The notes under the pieces are model-generated. The model saw nothing but the letters and a program-made list of their open reading frames with translations, did no database searches and had not been told where the DNA came from. Positions 37,501 to 50,900 of a DNA stretch of 64,000 nucleotides are shown piece by piece (position 1 is the first letter of the stretch; every line of letters begins with the position of its first letter). This DNA comes from Strigamia acuminata (Eukaryota). The translations under genes were made by a program, and so were the position numbers. The stretch is taken from NCBI GenBank assembly GCA_949358305.1, contig OX442314.1:17732001-17796000 (forward strand), in the 5' to 3' direction.

Positions 37501-40500
37501 ATAAAACGTGAAATTGCATTAGGTCGAGTCCAAAATTCAATTCTATTGGGGAATCAATATGTTTATATAAAAGTTATGAGAACATCAAATTTCTTTGTGC
37601 AATAATTTATATTAACACATTCTAAGGTCGCAGGTTTTCCGCTCTTAATAAATCTTATTTTTCTTAGCCCGAAGTGAAGAGATATTGAGTGTAAAATTGA
37701 TTAAATTAATTGGTGCGAATGTTGGACCTGAGATAGAGATATCAATGTCAGGTTGAACAGTTTAAAAGAAGATTCAACTTGTTTGAGGGTTTATATCGGT
37801 ATAGGAATGTATTTTAAAGGCGGCCATTAATTGGTTGGGATGGCGAAACCCTGTGTTTATAGCCCCTTGATACCGATTAAAGGTGTCTCTCCTGCCCTAA
37901 ATTTTTTCTGCGGTAATACACCCGAGAGAATGAGAGTGCATTCGCCTCAGCTACAATTTCGAAGGAGTTTTGTTGCGATGTTGTGTTGGAGATGAAGATG
38001 GGTGGAGATGGTGTTGTAGTCAGCGCGTTTGCTGAGGTTGAAACATGATAAGAAAAACGTTGATGGATATAAAAAGTTTGATGTGTTTTTCTCTTCTTTC
38101 AAGGGAATTTGCGAGTCAAGTGAAAAAAGAGGCGTTATAATAAAAACACTTTTACTTTACAAGATGTTATTCGAAAAGTTTGTGTAAGGAGATGAGTAAT
38201 AAAAATTTTTATCTTGTCTTTAGTAAAAGATTATAAAATTAGGCTTAGATCTTGAGTATACAACAACAAAAAACAATGCGGAGAAGAAAGTTAATTGCAA
38301 TTGAGTTTCTTCATTCCGTTTCAAGAATTAAATACAAACGGCGAGGTTGGGAAATTTTCCAATAGTTAAAACTAGCTCTTTTCTTATTTCTATTTGCTTC
38401 ACCAATCCTGTTAATTTCAAAAGAAAAAAAACCCGGGAGGATTGCAATGAAAAGCTATCGTTGGTAAAATTGAATGGGTGTGTTACGAATTTTGTGAAAA
38501 AGAAGAGTGCAGTGAACTTTTACAACGAAGGGAATTCAATTTGTTTGCTAAGCGAGTATACATTATTTACAGCATTCGATTGTAAACATTTAGCAGACGT
38601 CTGAAACGGAGAGACAGTAAATAAAGGCGAGTGAAGGTTGTTTAGGGAATAGAAAAGCAGGTCTCTGATAGATAAATATGATGAAATGGTATAACCCTTC
38701 GTTGCACCTGCGCACAATATAGCACAATGTTGCACATTGAGTCTGTTTATAAAGTTTGTACTTGTTTCATCCGAGTGCACCTGAGACTTCTTTTAGGCAC
38801 ACAGAAAAGTGAAACCATAGGTTTCCCCTGACACACTCATGTTCTAATGGTTTTTCCTTAAGGCTGTTGGTCGGGAGCAGATGGACAATGGTCAAAGGCC
38901 TTCTTTTGAGGACACGAGAGTGAAGAAAGCGTGTAGATGGTTGGCACGTTTATTAGAAGGCCGTTGTTGTGTAGTGCAAGAGAAAAAGAGAAAAAAAAGA
39001 AGGAAGGCATTGGTTAGGTCGTAGGGAGGAAGGTTCTGTGAAGCTGTGGGCATCCAAATAGGCGTTCAATAGAAGGAGAAGGAAGAAGGAAGAGGGTGTG
39101 TGCGTGTTGAACGTGCATGGACGTAACATTTCCACATACTGAGATAGAAGCGTCAAAGAAATACAAGGGGGTTAGATGTGGTCGCGGCACGGTGCTACGA
39201 CTTGGGAATATATATTGACAAAAAACGTTTAAGATAAAGTGGGGCATGTTTCTGTCAATTTTTATTGTAATTTAAAAAAAAAAAAAAAAAAAGGAAAAAG
39301 GAAAAAAAAAATAGAAGAAAAAAATTCATTTTATGGATGGGTTTTAAATTTAAATAGTTGCTGCTTTGCAGTTTAAATGAAGTAAAGTTAAATTATTTAT
39401 TTTTTAATCTTATTCATTTTAAAGAAGTAGCGTGAAGATACCCGTGGTGGATAAGAATCTCGCCTGCTGCGATAATGATTATAAATGAAACTGCGGAAGG
39501 AACCGGCTACGAGATGGTTCGATTTGTCTTTTGCAAAGATATTTTTCCACAGTGAGTACTTACAGTGGCGTTTTGAGCAGTGCTTCTTAAATTTTTTAAG
39601 GTCAGGACGAGCAGTTTATTGTTGTCGGGGTTTGATGACCACTAAAGGGGGTGAAGGAGCAGAACACTTGTGAAGGAGAAGAGTTTCGCCTTTAAACTGT
39701 AGAATTTTTTAATTATTACTGTGTAATTTTCTGAAATTCACTGAAATATTTCACGCCGTTTTATTCTGTATTTTTGCGGATCAGTGACCCCAGCTCTGAA
39801 GATCAGTACTTCAGTAGCACTGGTCTGTAGAGCAGCACTTTAAGGAACCACTCATTTGGAGTGATGCATGTAAAGGAAGAAAGTTGAAAAGTCAAAATAC
39901 GGTAACAGATGCACAATGCACTTTCAATCTTTGTTCAGGGGGTTTGATAAGGATGTGGAGAAGAGTGGTTTGATGACTCGGAAGTAAGTGTGGTGTGACG
40001 ACCTTGTTGAGGTACTAGTGTGGTTTAGTTTACAGATTGTTTTAATAGCATTTTGGTTAGCAATGTTTACAATTTTTGAAAGAGCTAATAGGTATGGTGT
40101 TTAAATTTTAAAGTATCATTAAATTTATATAAGTTTGTGGGGAAAAAGTGGAAGAGTGATTAAATATTTATCTCTGCTTAAAAATGAGAGAAAATTTTGA
40201 CTCATGAGGTGCACTTTGGTTTTATGACGACATTTCCTGTTTGTAAGCTTGGTAAGAGTTTGTAGAAAACAAAATGGCAGGGCTGAGTCAAAACAACTGA
40301 AATAGCGATTTTTTGGAAAAGCATTTTCCATAAATACTGAATTTGTAATCGCGTGATATTGAGTTTGGTTTTCAATTGTTCAATTCAGTCGGAACCCAAT
40401 TCAATTGGAATTGCATAAAATCAAACTGCTGGCCGACTGGCGCATGCGCAGATTGCGGAATAAAGTGAATGAAGTGGACAACACGATACGAATGGGCCAT

Positions 40501-43500
40501 ACAGCACAAAAATTATTTCTGTATCTTAATTTTTGGAAAAAAAACTCTAAATTGTGATTTAAAAAATTTATTTCTACTTTAATATATTTTATGTAAACGA
40601 GAATGTCACATTTAACTGATTTAACTCATTAAACGTTAGGTTAAATCAAGGGTTAAATATAATAACTTAATACATTTATATTGCAGCAGTAAAGTACGGT
40701 TAGCTCATGAAATTGACACAAGACCACCTTCAGAAATGTGGTAAATTAAAGTGAAAGCGAAGGTGATGTAGGGGAACATTATTTTATATTTTTTTCTACA
40801 GTAGTTACGGTACGATGGGAATCATCTGCTTCAACTTAACTACAACCAGTAATATTCACAGCATGTAGTCTCCAACTTTAATCGTGCTTGAATTAAGTAT
40901 CGAACCTGCGAGTCAAGTCAGTGCGGTTGGGTTGGACTAAATTTATTCAAAAACAAAGAATTTCTACAGCCTGTATTCTTCTTGGGATTAATGTACTTAA
41001 TCCCTGAGAACCATTGGTCAGGTGTGGCAATGTCTGGTCCTGTGTGGGTAGAGGGAGGATGACTGGAATGCTAGCGTATATAAATAAGAATGAATTTATA
41101 TCGGTCGTGTTTAGAGTGTTCAGTTTGTATATTCATAAGTGTGGAAATAAATTAAGTTTAATTCGTTATTTATAACACGTTTTTTTCTTCTCAGATTTAG
41201 GAAAGGAATTTCTAAATTCCGGGATTAAAATTTATACGCGGTTGCCTCAATTTCGAGATGGTTGAAGAGGTGATAAAGGGGTTGTGAGCAGCGAGTTCAC
41301 TCGTCTGTAACAGGTGATCTGTGATGAGAGTAGGGAATAGAAAATGTGTGGAAGGAGCAGGAGGTATTGAAAATTCGACTGCTGTTCAAATGGGATTCTG
41401 GATGTGTGAAAGTGAAGTTAAAAAAAATGGTTGGAACGGAGTAGCAGAGGATGCACGGAATGGATCATTCTCTCTCTTCTCTGCTGTCTCATCTTCATCA
41501 CTCTCACTTCCTCATCCTAGGCAAAAGCTTCAAGTGCGGTAATCTAGATAATTGACTCTGGTTCTAAGTATGGGTGCATCTTCTTGGCTCTAGTTTTCTA
41601 TGAATGTGCAATTTGAACAAGCACCGAGAAAACTTAGTGTCAGTTGGTATGGATCGAACCAACTTTTCCCTCATTCGGTTTTCAGCTTGGGAATGTTGAG
41701 TGATTAAATTTTCCCAAATCAATTCGGTCCAAACGTGAAAAGGAATTACCTAGTCAATAATTTGTTTTCTTTGCGTTTAATATTTTATGCACGTCAAGGC
41801 GTTTGGCGTTTTTTGGTTGTCTAAAGAGCTGGTTAAAGGGGAAAATTAATTGGAATTCTTTCTCGAAAAAAGAGTAGATTGAGTATTTGATACACGTCAC
41901 GCGTTGGTCTTTCTTGAATGTACATGCTGAAGATGCATCGTTTTTGGTGAACTGATATTTTATTTTTACCTTTCCAACCACGTTTTTCCGATTCTCACTC
42001 TGATGCAATCATTTTTTTTCCTCCTTTCTGTCACATTTTTTCGGGGTTGAAGCGATTTAAGTTTTAACAAAAGTGGGAAAGGGGTTTGAAATGTGGCACA
42101 TTCCAATATGTGCATGTTGAAGTTCGTCTAGTTTTATTTTATTTTTTTTCTTTCTTTCTTGTCGATATTTCCATCTACCACAGATTTGGTTTAGTAAAGA
42201 AATTCTAGTGGAATGCAATGCCCAAGTGAAACCATCTGCTGGAGTTGCAGTGCTCAAGGCAACTCGCTAGCTTTTCAATTTTGGGATTTGTGATGTGCGC
42301 AAAAGTGATGTTGACTTCACCTATCAATGAAGGTGATCTTTGTACAGTTGGCGTCAACATTTGGCTACACTATTAGCTTACTAATGAGAAATGTAACTTT
42401 AAAAAAAATTAACAGATGGATTTCCTCATAGATGTGCAATTTTATAAAGCGTGTTTCATATTTCATAATTTTTTTTTGTTTTACTTCTCAATGATGATGT
42501 CGTGTAGTGAGGACGGCAATCGCAATGCAAGGTATAATCCGTTTATTTGTAGTGCAGTGTTGTGAAACATTCAGAGGAATAATTTAGAATGTTCCTAATA
42601 TTTATCTGTGTTGTTGAATGATTGATATGCGATAAGAATTGTATTGGCTACATTAACCACGTCGATTTCCACAATTTTTTTTTTGTTTTTACAGCTTTGT
42701 TTGTTAGTTGGTTTATTTAATATCTGAATACATTTATTCTTTAAGGAAATGCAGTTTTAGATTTTTTTTTGGTTTGAGGTTGGTAAGCCTACTTTAATGT
42801 CAATGTACAAACCAATATCCCAATGTCCAATGGTTCCCAGCAGCGCTACACTCTTTGGATCTTTCTTCTGGATAAAAAATTCCATTGTCTTTTTTGATCT
42901 TCTTTAAACCTGTACTGCTCTGCCTGTGTGAGAGTCTGCACTTTTTCTCGGTTGATTTAATGGACAAGTGGATAAATTTTTTAAATTAACTAATTGAATA
43001 TTCGAGAAACATTTTTCAAGTAAAGAATAGTTATGATTAGTTTTTTGCATCATTAATGAATACAGGAAATGATTAAAACTACTTATTTAAGAATTTTTCA
43101 CTACTGCACACGGTTTTGATTTGCAATATGGAAAATAAGAATTCGTGAGTTGCTTTACTGTATGTATGTATTTTATTTAATTATTTAATACACTCCAAGG
43201 GAGATTTCAGAAGGAAAATGAAATGAAATTTTGTTTCTCTGGTATGTATAACGATTTTTATCGTCGTTGCTTGGAGATGTGCTGTCAAAAGTTCAGATTA
43301 TCACGCATCGAGGACTTGAGAATTGAGGATAAGAAGTAGATGACATTCATAAAGTCGTGTTTTTTGTGTTTGTTTTGGTGTTTTCTATGTCACTTATGCC
43401 GGTGATTGTGATTAAGGCTCGAAAGCAAGATAAAACAAACACCACATGGAATTAAAAATGTTTTCAGAACTTGTTTATAGAACCTGTCTTTGAGACTAGT

Positions 43501-45059
43501 GATGTTGTTTCTGCTTAAGCATAAACATGATTAGTTAATCACGAAGTCTTCTGCATTCAAAAGATGCATAAAATTTTCTAGTCTCAACAATGGAGTAAAT
43601 TTACTTAGAAGCATTTTTAGGTACTTGGGCACTTTGTATTCGTGTTTAGAACACAGTTAAAAGGATTTCTGAGATCTCACAGCTTTGATTCGACTGCCCT
43701 GGCTTTTACTTTTTTTTTTTTAAAGTTTTAAGTCTCATCAATCAATATTGGAATCAGGAATGTCATTTGTTCAACATCTTATAAGATTTTTATTTCTGTC
43801 TTCAAATTGTGATGTGCAATTTTGAAACACAAATCTATATTGGGCAAGAAGTTTCTTTTTATATCTTTTGTTTTTGACAACTTGTTCAGAAATTGAGTGG
43901 CATTGGTTTTGACAAGTTGAAGATTATCCGTTTGGAAATACCTTTTTATTATTGAGAATTTGCGTCAATTGTCAAAGACCATGACAGAATCTGCGCATTA
44001 AACGTTTAAATATTCTGGTTGGACATTGTATATTTTTCGCAATACGGTACGTTAATCGGTGCATTAATTTTACTATAATTACAGTTTTGAAGAAAAAGAT
44101 TTTTTTTTTAATGAAGCTATTATTGTAATTTCGTCGAATAAACAGGCTGCATAAATTAATTTTTTTTAAAATAAAGACCAAGATAAACTGTCGTGGGATT
44201 TTATGTCGGGAAATTTCAATCATTAATCATGATGTGAATTTACATTAGAATTTTAAATTTTAAACCTCACTATTTTTCAAGTTTGCATCCTTTACTCTTC
44301 AGTTAAATATTTTGGCTTTACAAAAGAAAAATGACTGAAAAAATAGCTCTTGTTTACAAAACTTGTGCTGAAACATTTTTTTGAATTTATTTTTCTTTAA
44401 TAAACAAACATTTTGTGTTAACCTAATAACTAGACGCAAACAAATATTTGTTCAAAGTATGAATAAAAATTTTTTTTAAATCTGTTTTAAATCGATATTC
44501 AAGTTAATTAATGGGTTTAATCTTTTGGCTCAAATGATTGATTGATGATGGCTTGTAACGTGTTGACACCGTGGCCTAAGTCTTTCTCTCTCCTTCGGTC
44601 ATTAAAGTCGTCTTTGATCGACTTTGCAAATTGATGACTCACCTTTAAGCCTTACGTTTGTATAATAGCGAGAAGAAAAAGGGATGAAATAAAGAGGATT
44701 GTAATATTTATTAAAGATTTATTTTAAAATTCGAAACGGAATATAAAAAGGTTGATCTTAGTTACTGGGTTCATCGATTCGGTCTGGCAAGGGAAAAAAG
44801 AGGAAAAGAGACGAGACTCGGGCAATAACGGAATTGTCTCTAATAGAATACAATTCTTATTTGTTTGTACGTCATATAAATAGGAGAGGATCGATAAATG
44901 CAAGGGCTTATCATTGCGTGCTGATACAGTTATCGAAATAATGGCACTTTATTATTTGTTCTCCTTGGGTTGAGAGTACTTGGTGTGAAAAATTGTGCAA
45001 GTGGTGCGGTGCTGGCTTGCAATCACAACGATAGTCATGAATAAATGGAGGAATATTTG

Positions 45060-46245
45060 AGTTGTAAAGCGTGTGTAGAAAGAATAGAAGCCGACAGTTG
45101 TGTGTGTGTGTGTGTATGCGTGCGATAGAAAAAGGAGGAGAAAGAGAAAGAGTAGCTCAATCTTTTGCCCTTGGTCTATGCACCCGTTCGATCGATTGGA
45201 CGCTGGGAGCAGCTCCACTTGTAGATATTCCTACACAACCTGAGCCTTCAACATTTCTGGGCTGGCTGCTGCTGCTGCTGGTGGTGCTCGTGCTGTTGCT
45301 GCTTGCTTCTTTCCCCCTACCACCCGGGAAATGGCAGTTGACTCAACCACCGATTGTCATGTACGCCCCATCAAGGTGTAGAGGCAGCTTGAGCGCGCGG
45401 TCGACACCATTCGCGCTGAGCGAAAAGGTGGAAGAGGAACGGAGCTAGGAAACGCTGGCACAAGTGGCTCGATGCTGCACGCGTCTGTCGTGTGATTTCG
45501 AGGGGATCTAGTGGTCAGAAGATGGTGTGAGCGAGCTTACCTGTGTCTTGACCGTCGTCGTGTCGAAATGGAGCTGCGTTCGGCACCATTCTGAAAAGCG
45601 TTGGTTCGTCAAGCGTGATGCTCGTCCCGGTTCCCTAGCAGCTGCTGCTAAATCTGTCTTGGATGATATTCGTTGCAAATTTGTGTAGGACGCGCTCACC
45701 TGAAAGCGCTTTGGGCGTGGTCGGATCTGGCGTTCAGGTGGGGAGAAAGTGAGGGCAGGCCGGCTGGCGAATGCTGACCCGTTCCGGCATCTGTTTCACG
45801 GATTTGGTTGCGAGGACACGTGGGCTGACCCATCAAACAGGTGACATTGTTGATTATTCACGGTTACGACGAGTTGTGTGTGTGCGCTGTCCTGTCATGA
45901 TTGTATTATGGATCTCATGATCGAGCATATCTGTTGGATTCTTCTTCTTCTTCTTCCACCACATTGTAGCGTGTGGCCTTAAAGAGACGAATTTGAGCAT
46001 TAAAAGTATCGTATCACGAGTGGAATTTATCATCGCGCCAATTGTATTATGTGCGTTTGGAAGAAGGTGGATGCGGCTTTTTTGGTGCGGAGTCGCGTTC
46101 GCTAATAACCGTTGACATATCTAACTGCATATCTTGCGTATGGCTTTCGGGAAAGCGCTAACTGCCAAGTCGACATCGTTGTATCGCGATTACGGAATCA
46201 GAGCTGGCAACGCACGATCCGAGACACTGGGCCGGAGGCGGCCGA
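45060..46245 (+). promoter_or_regulatory. GC/CpG-rich putative internal promoter and 5' UTR of the transmembrane isoform
   Basis: About 1.2 kb of raised GC and CpG with (TG)n, (CTG)n and (CTT)n runs, directly upstream of the TM exon. The TSS cannot be determined. Confidence 0.5.
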
Positions 46246-46555
46246 ATGCCTCCTACCTCCAACTCGACGACGACGGGGCACTTTCGGCCGAGTTCGCGCC
46301 CCAATTCGAACGCGGCCATGCCTCCCACCATGGTCATTCCGCTCAAATTTGATCCGACTGCCAAAGAGGATTCTAACGCGATGCCCGATCACCACTTCAC
46401 TGACCCAGGCGGGGGTGGGGTGTCGACCAAAAGAGAGGACAGCTCTCCATGCCTATGTGGGTGGCCATTAGGTCGACTCACAGCTCTTTTACTTCTGCTC
46501 ATCGTCATTCTAGTCGTCTTTGTGCTCATCGCTGGACTTCTTCTTTACTTCAAAT
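46246..46555 (+). CDS. Agrn: Agrin alternative first coding exon C: cytoplasmic tail + type II signal-anchor TM helix (103 aa + 1 nt)
   Basis: In-frame TAA at 46159-46161 lies upstream. About 75 polar residues are followed by GR-LTALLLLLIVILVVFVLIAGLLLYF-K. The donor AAAT|GTAAAT at 46555/46556 is phase 1 and coincides with the switch from GC-rich to T-rich sequence. It joins the shared exon as T|AC = Tyr. Confidence 0.8.
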
Positions 46556-47677
46556 GTAAATATTTGATCTTTTATTTATTTTTATTCCTACGTTTTCGAA
46601 GAATTTTTTTATTTTTTATTTTTTTGTTGTTTTATTTATTTTTTTTATATTTTTTTGGGGGGATATGGTATATGGAGGAATAAATTTTCTGGTTTTTGAT
46701 AGCGCGTATAGATTAGGTTTATAATGTATTGAATTTGAATGTCTCCTGGTGACAATTTGGACGAAATTTACGAGGAGTGTGGTCAGCATGATGGTAATTT
46801 GTTGACGGTTGAAAAGTCATAAATAATTTATGCTGAATGCGGCCCGCGTTTTAATGATTTATCTTTATTGCTCGCAACAAAAATTAGACGTGTGAAATTT
46901 TGATTATGTTTGAGCGTAGCAAAAGCCACACAAAGATTGGCTTTTTATGTCAACAAATTTAATAGGTGGATTTTTGGATAGGTTTCCTTTGGAGAGGAAG
47001 AGAGGAGGGGTCTTTTATCTCATTGGAAACACGCCAATTTGGCGCTCATTTGAATGGACGCAGGTGTGGACTGGAAGAAAACCCTCTTGTACGCATGCGT
47101 ATGAGCCTGATGTCCTCGCCAGAGGCACATCCTCTGTTGACGCGTTCATTCCGATAATGGATCATCCTTGTAATCGGGAGATAATTTCTCTCCCACGCAT
47201 TATTTTTCTCCCCCGTGGCGACACGCGGGGTGAGGCGAGCGTGTCTTTCAACGGTTGTGTCAGCAAATATTCAAAGTGGCTCAGGTTCCATTTGCCAACA
47301 TTTTTTAACCAATTTTACTAAATGAGGAATGAAATTGAGCCAAAATTGGTTTTTTTCTATAAATATATTTTTTTTATTTTTTATTTTTTTGTAACCTCTT
47401 TCGCGACCGCTCTTCACTTGCACTCAGCCGTGTTTTTAAGGGGAAAAAATAGTTTCTATTTTGTGATTAATTTTAAACGAGCGCGTGCCTGAGTGTACAG
47501 TTAGAGGGCAAATTAGACAACCCTATTCCCAACACAGTATACGATGTTGTTTTAAGCAGAGAGTAAATCATTTCCCCACGGTGTTGTGAGAAAGGAACAG
47601 CCGGTTGCCGAAGTGAAATGAGTATGAGAGACTCGAAGAATGAAAGTCTGGTTTGATGTTGTTGTTGCCTGTTTGAT

Positions 47678-47926
47678 ATGCACACGGTAAAGGGGTTTTC
47701 AGCAATTGTGCAGTCAATTGGCCTGCAATATACGAGGAATCCATTAAAGCGGATCTGCACTTGTCCTCTTGTCCCCCAAGAAAGGTTTGAGGTGATGCAG
47801 TTGTTATTAAATTACCGAGCACAGATTGAGTCTGTGGGCCGAGAGCCAAGGGGAAATGACCTGCATGGAGGGTTTTACACTGGAAATTGGCATGAGTGGC
47901 AAAAATTATGTAAAGTAGAGATGTGA
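47678..47926 (+). pseudogene. Possible decayed ankyrin-repeat fragment
   Basis: The ORF reads VKGFSAIVQSI...RNPL...FEVMQLLLNYRAQIE.VG...NDLH, resembling the ankyrin consensus TPLH.A...G..EVV.LLL..GA.V...D..G.T.LH with key residues lost. Confidence 0.4.
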
Positions 47927-50900
47927 AATGAAATCTTGAAAGCGGCAATAGATTGTGTAGTTTGAAGGGTTTTATGGGCAAATGGGAGCATTAGGACCAC
48001 GAGTTTTACTTATTTATTAATTTTTTTAAAAACTCCGTTTGAGTAATTAATACTCCGTAGTTTAATTAGCGTAATAGAGAAAATACTTAGTAAATTATAT
48101 GGAAATATAGTTTGACCGCATGGAGAATAAGCTGTTCGGTTATAATGTGCTAATTATGGCGACTTTGTTTTATGGGTTTAAAACAAAGCTATCTGCTTTC
48201 TGACACTTAACTGCAGCGTTTAATTTGCAAAGTGATTTATTGATTGTGTACCGTAATAAAGTTATTGAAAGGTTTTGTGTTCGTGCAAACGAATAGTACT
48301 TGGAAAAGCAAAGAATTATTTCGAACGAAATTCCTCATTTGGCTTTAAAGTTGAAACTGCCAATCACATTTCGTGGTCACCTCTCTAACCTTTGCAGGCC
48401 CTCACGCGTTCACATAAACCTAGAAAAGATGTGACGCGAACCCATTTGACATTGCTAGCCTTCGAGTTTGACTCGGATACGTCGGAAAAATATTACATGT
48501 ATATACAAAAAATATGAAGGATTTTTGTAGTTTTTCAGCTTAATTTTTTTTAATGATGGTGTTTTAAAAATTCACGTCATCTGCTACATGGGAAGGGACA
48601 TTTTACACTGCTGTTAGGTTATATTGGCTCTTGGGATCGGTGGTGGAGGGATGAGAAATCGACTTGTATAACGACGGATGATGAATTTTAATGGCGAAGT
48701 TTTAAATTTATATGTCTTCAATTTATATCTATCCTACTTTGGCACTTCTTTCGTGGATGATTATTATGGGTTTCGTTCAACCCTCTAGGAATAAAAGCGA
48801 ATAAAGATGAAGAGTTTTCTAAGACTGAAGAGAATAAATGCATAATACGGTCAATAATAAATTGCATGTGTTATGAGTACGCCAAAAAGTTTTTCATATC
48901 ATATCCATATTGACACTTTAAGGCAAACACATAAACAGTTTCCTTTTCCCATTTAAGCGTAGTCGTCAAGTGCTACGCAAGCCTTAATGGTGGTCGGCAT
49001 CCTTGGCGTTGATTAGAAAGTTCACTTTTAATTTCATAATGGAAACGCATCACTTACTCACTCGTAGTCTTGGTTAAAAAAAGTGGAAATAACTTATTGA
49101 TTTTTAAATAGTTTAATTGATATACCTTATTGGCTTTTCATTTATATTAAAAATGGTTGCGCAGTGACTCGACTGAAAGAGTTGGAAATTGATTGGATTG
49201 TACGCACCGTGAAATGTTCAAATGGCCAGACCACTTGATAAATAGGAAAGTTGAGCTGAAAATAATTGTGGTGTATAAATAAATCTCTTTCTGTGTGTCA
49301 AATTATGTGTGATTAAATATTGAATTTTGAAATGAAACGTCTATTTGTAGAGCTTCAAATGATACGATTTATTAGCGTCAGTTTTGCTAAAAATACAACA
49401 GCACTTATTTTGATGAGCTACGAATGAAATCTCTGGTGATATTAACCAGTTTTCTTTTACTCCGTATTTTTTTTGAAAATTCCGATGAAAACAAAGTTGG
49501 GTGTATGGAAATTTTAAAATTTTAATCTATCGCTTTTAGAGATAAAAATGTAGTTTGTTAATGTATTTATTCAGGTTGCACGATAAATTACCATATTTTG
49601 GTTTTATCAGAAAAGTGTTATCCGAGTGTACGCCGAGATAAATGAAGTGTGAGAGTTTTCTTGTGTAAGAAATAAATCTGAGAAACGCTAGTGGGCAACA
49701 GTTGAAGCGATGCATCATCATGTTGACAAGAGGAGATGGAATGTTTCCATGTCAAGAGCATTGTGTATGTGTTGGGATGAGTATGTTAGCTGCGCATGAG
49801 TGGAACACGGAAGATAAGGTGCGGGACGGAAAGAGACGGGAAACGAATCTGATATACACCCGACTATCTTTTGTTGAACCACAAGCTGTGAAAACAGTAA
49901 GAGACTCATCTCAAATCTCCGTTTACTTTACTTAAAGAGGATGATAGACTTTAAGCGTTTTTCTAGAGACTCGTCATTCGGCGATGATGGACTGCCTCCG
50001 CACGTATACGCTGTAATTTGACAGAACTCCACTCCAGATAAGTGCTGGTTGCTGGTACATGATATCAAATGTTGGTGGTTAAATAAGTTTAAAATTTGTG
50101 AGAAGAACACGGGCGAAAATTTTTAAATTGATTTCTCTTTGGAATTATGCATGGATGGATAAATTATCAAATTTGCAACAATATTTACAGGTTTTTATTT
50201 TGGTTGACCAAGAATAACACTCATGCATAGTATACACATAATAAAGATGCATTTTATTAACATTTTAATCAGTCTTTTGGTTAGTTTTTTTTTAAGGTTA
50301 GGATTTTAGCTTCGGAAATGCGAAAATATTGTTTTTGTTTTTAAGGGAGTTCGTGAAAAATCGACTTTTGTTTTAGTAGCATGCTTTATGCTTTGATTTT
50401 TATGTAGATGGATGTTTCACGTGTTTGTCAGTGTGTAGGTAAACTCAGATTTATCTCGAGAAAAATGGAGAAATGTGAAAATGCTTCCATATACTCTCTC
50501 TTCGCTCCCCTCGAATGCACATGTGTATAGATGTTTACGCAGTTCTCCACGAACCGACATTTTTATTACTTACCGGTAGTCTAAGTTGTGGATTCAGTCT
50601 TAATTATAGACGTCTCGTCTTAATTATACTCGGAAATGATGGTACAGGCATGATTCTTTTATTTTATTATAAAATTCTTGTAGTAGATTAGAATCAATAA
50701 ATTACATTGCAAGACGAGCTCATAAAAGTGACTTGGAATGAAATGGAAGATTAAATAATAGAAAAGTACGCTGATTTTTGAGTGCTTTTTATTTGTGGAA
50801 ATATATAAGAAATTGATGCAATTTTTATTTGTAAAAGAAAAAAAAAGAGAAATGATGAATGATATAGTGTTAGAAATTTGAATTTTTTGCAGTCGTGTTG

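Noticed and set aside
45071..45448. ORF with a Leu/Val run as a second TM first exon
   Set aside because: The hydrophobic run is a (CTG)n-type microsatellite, and no good phase-1 donor follows it.
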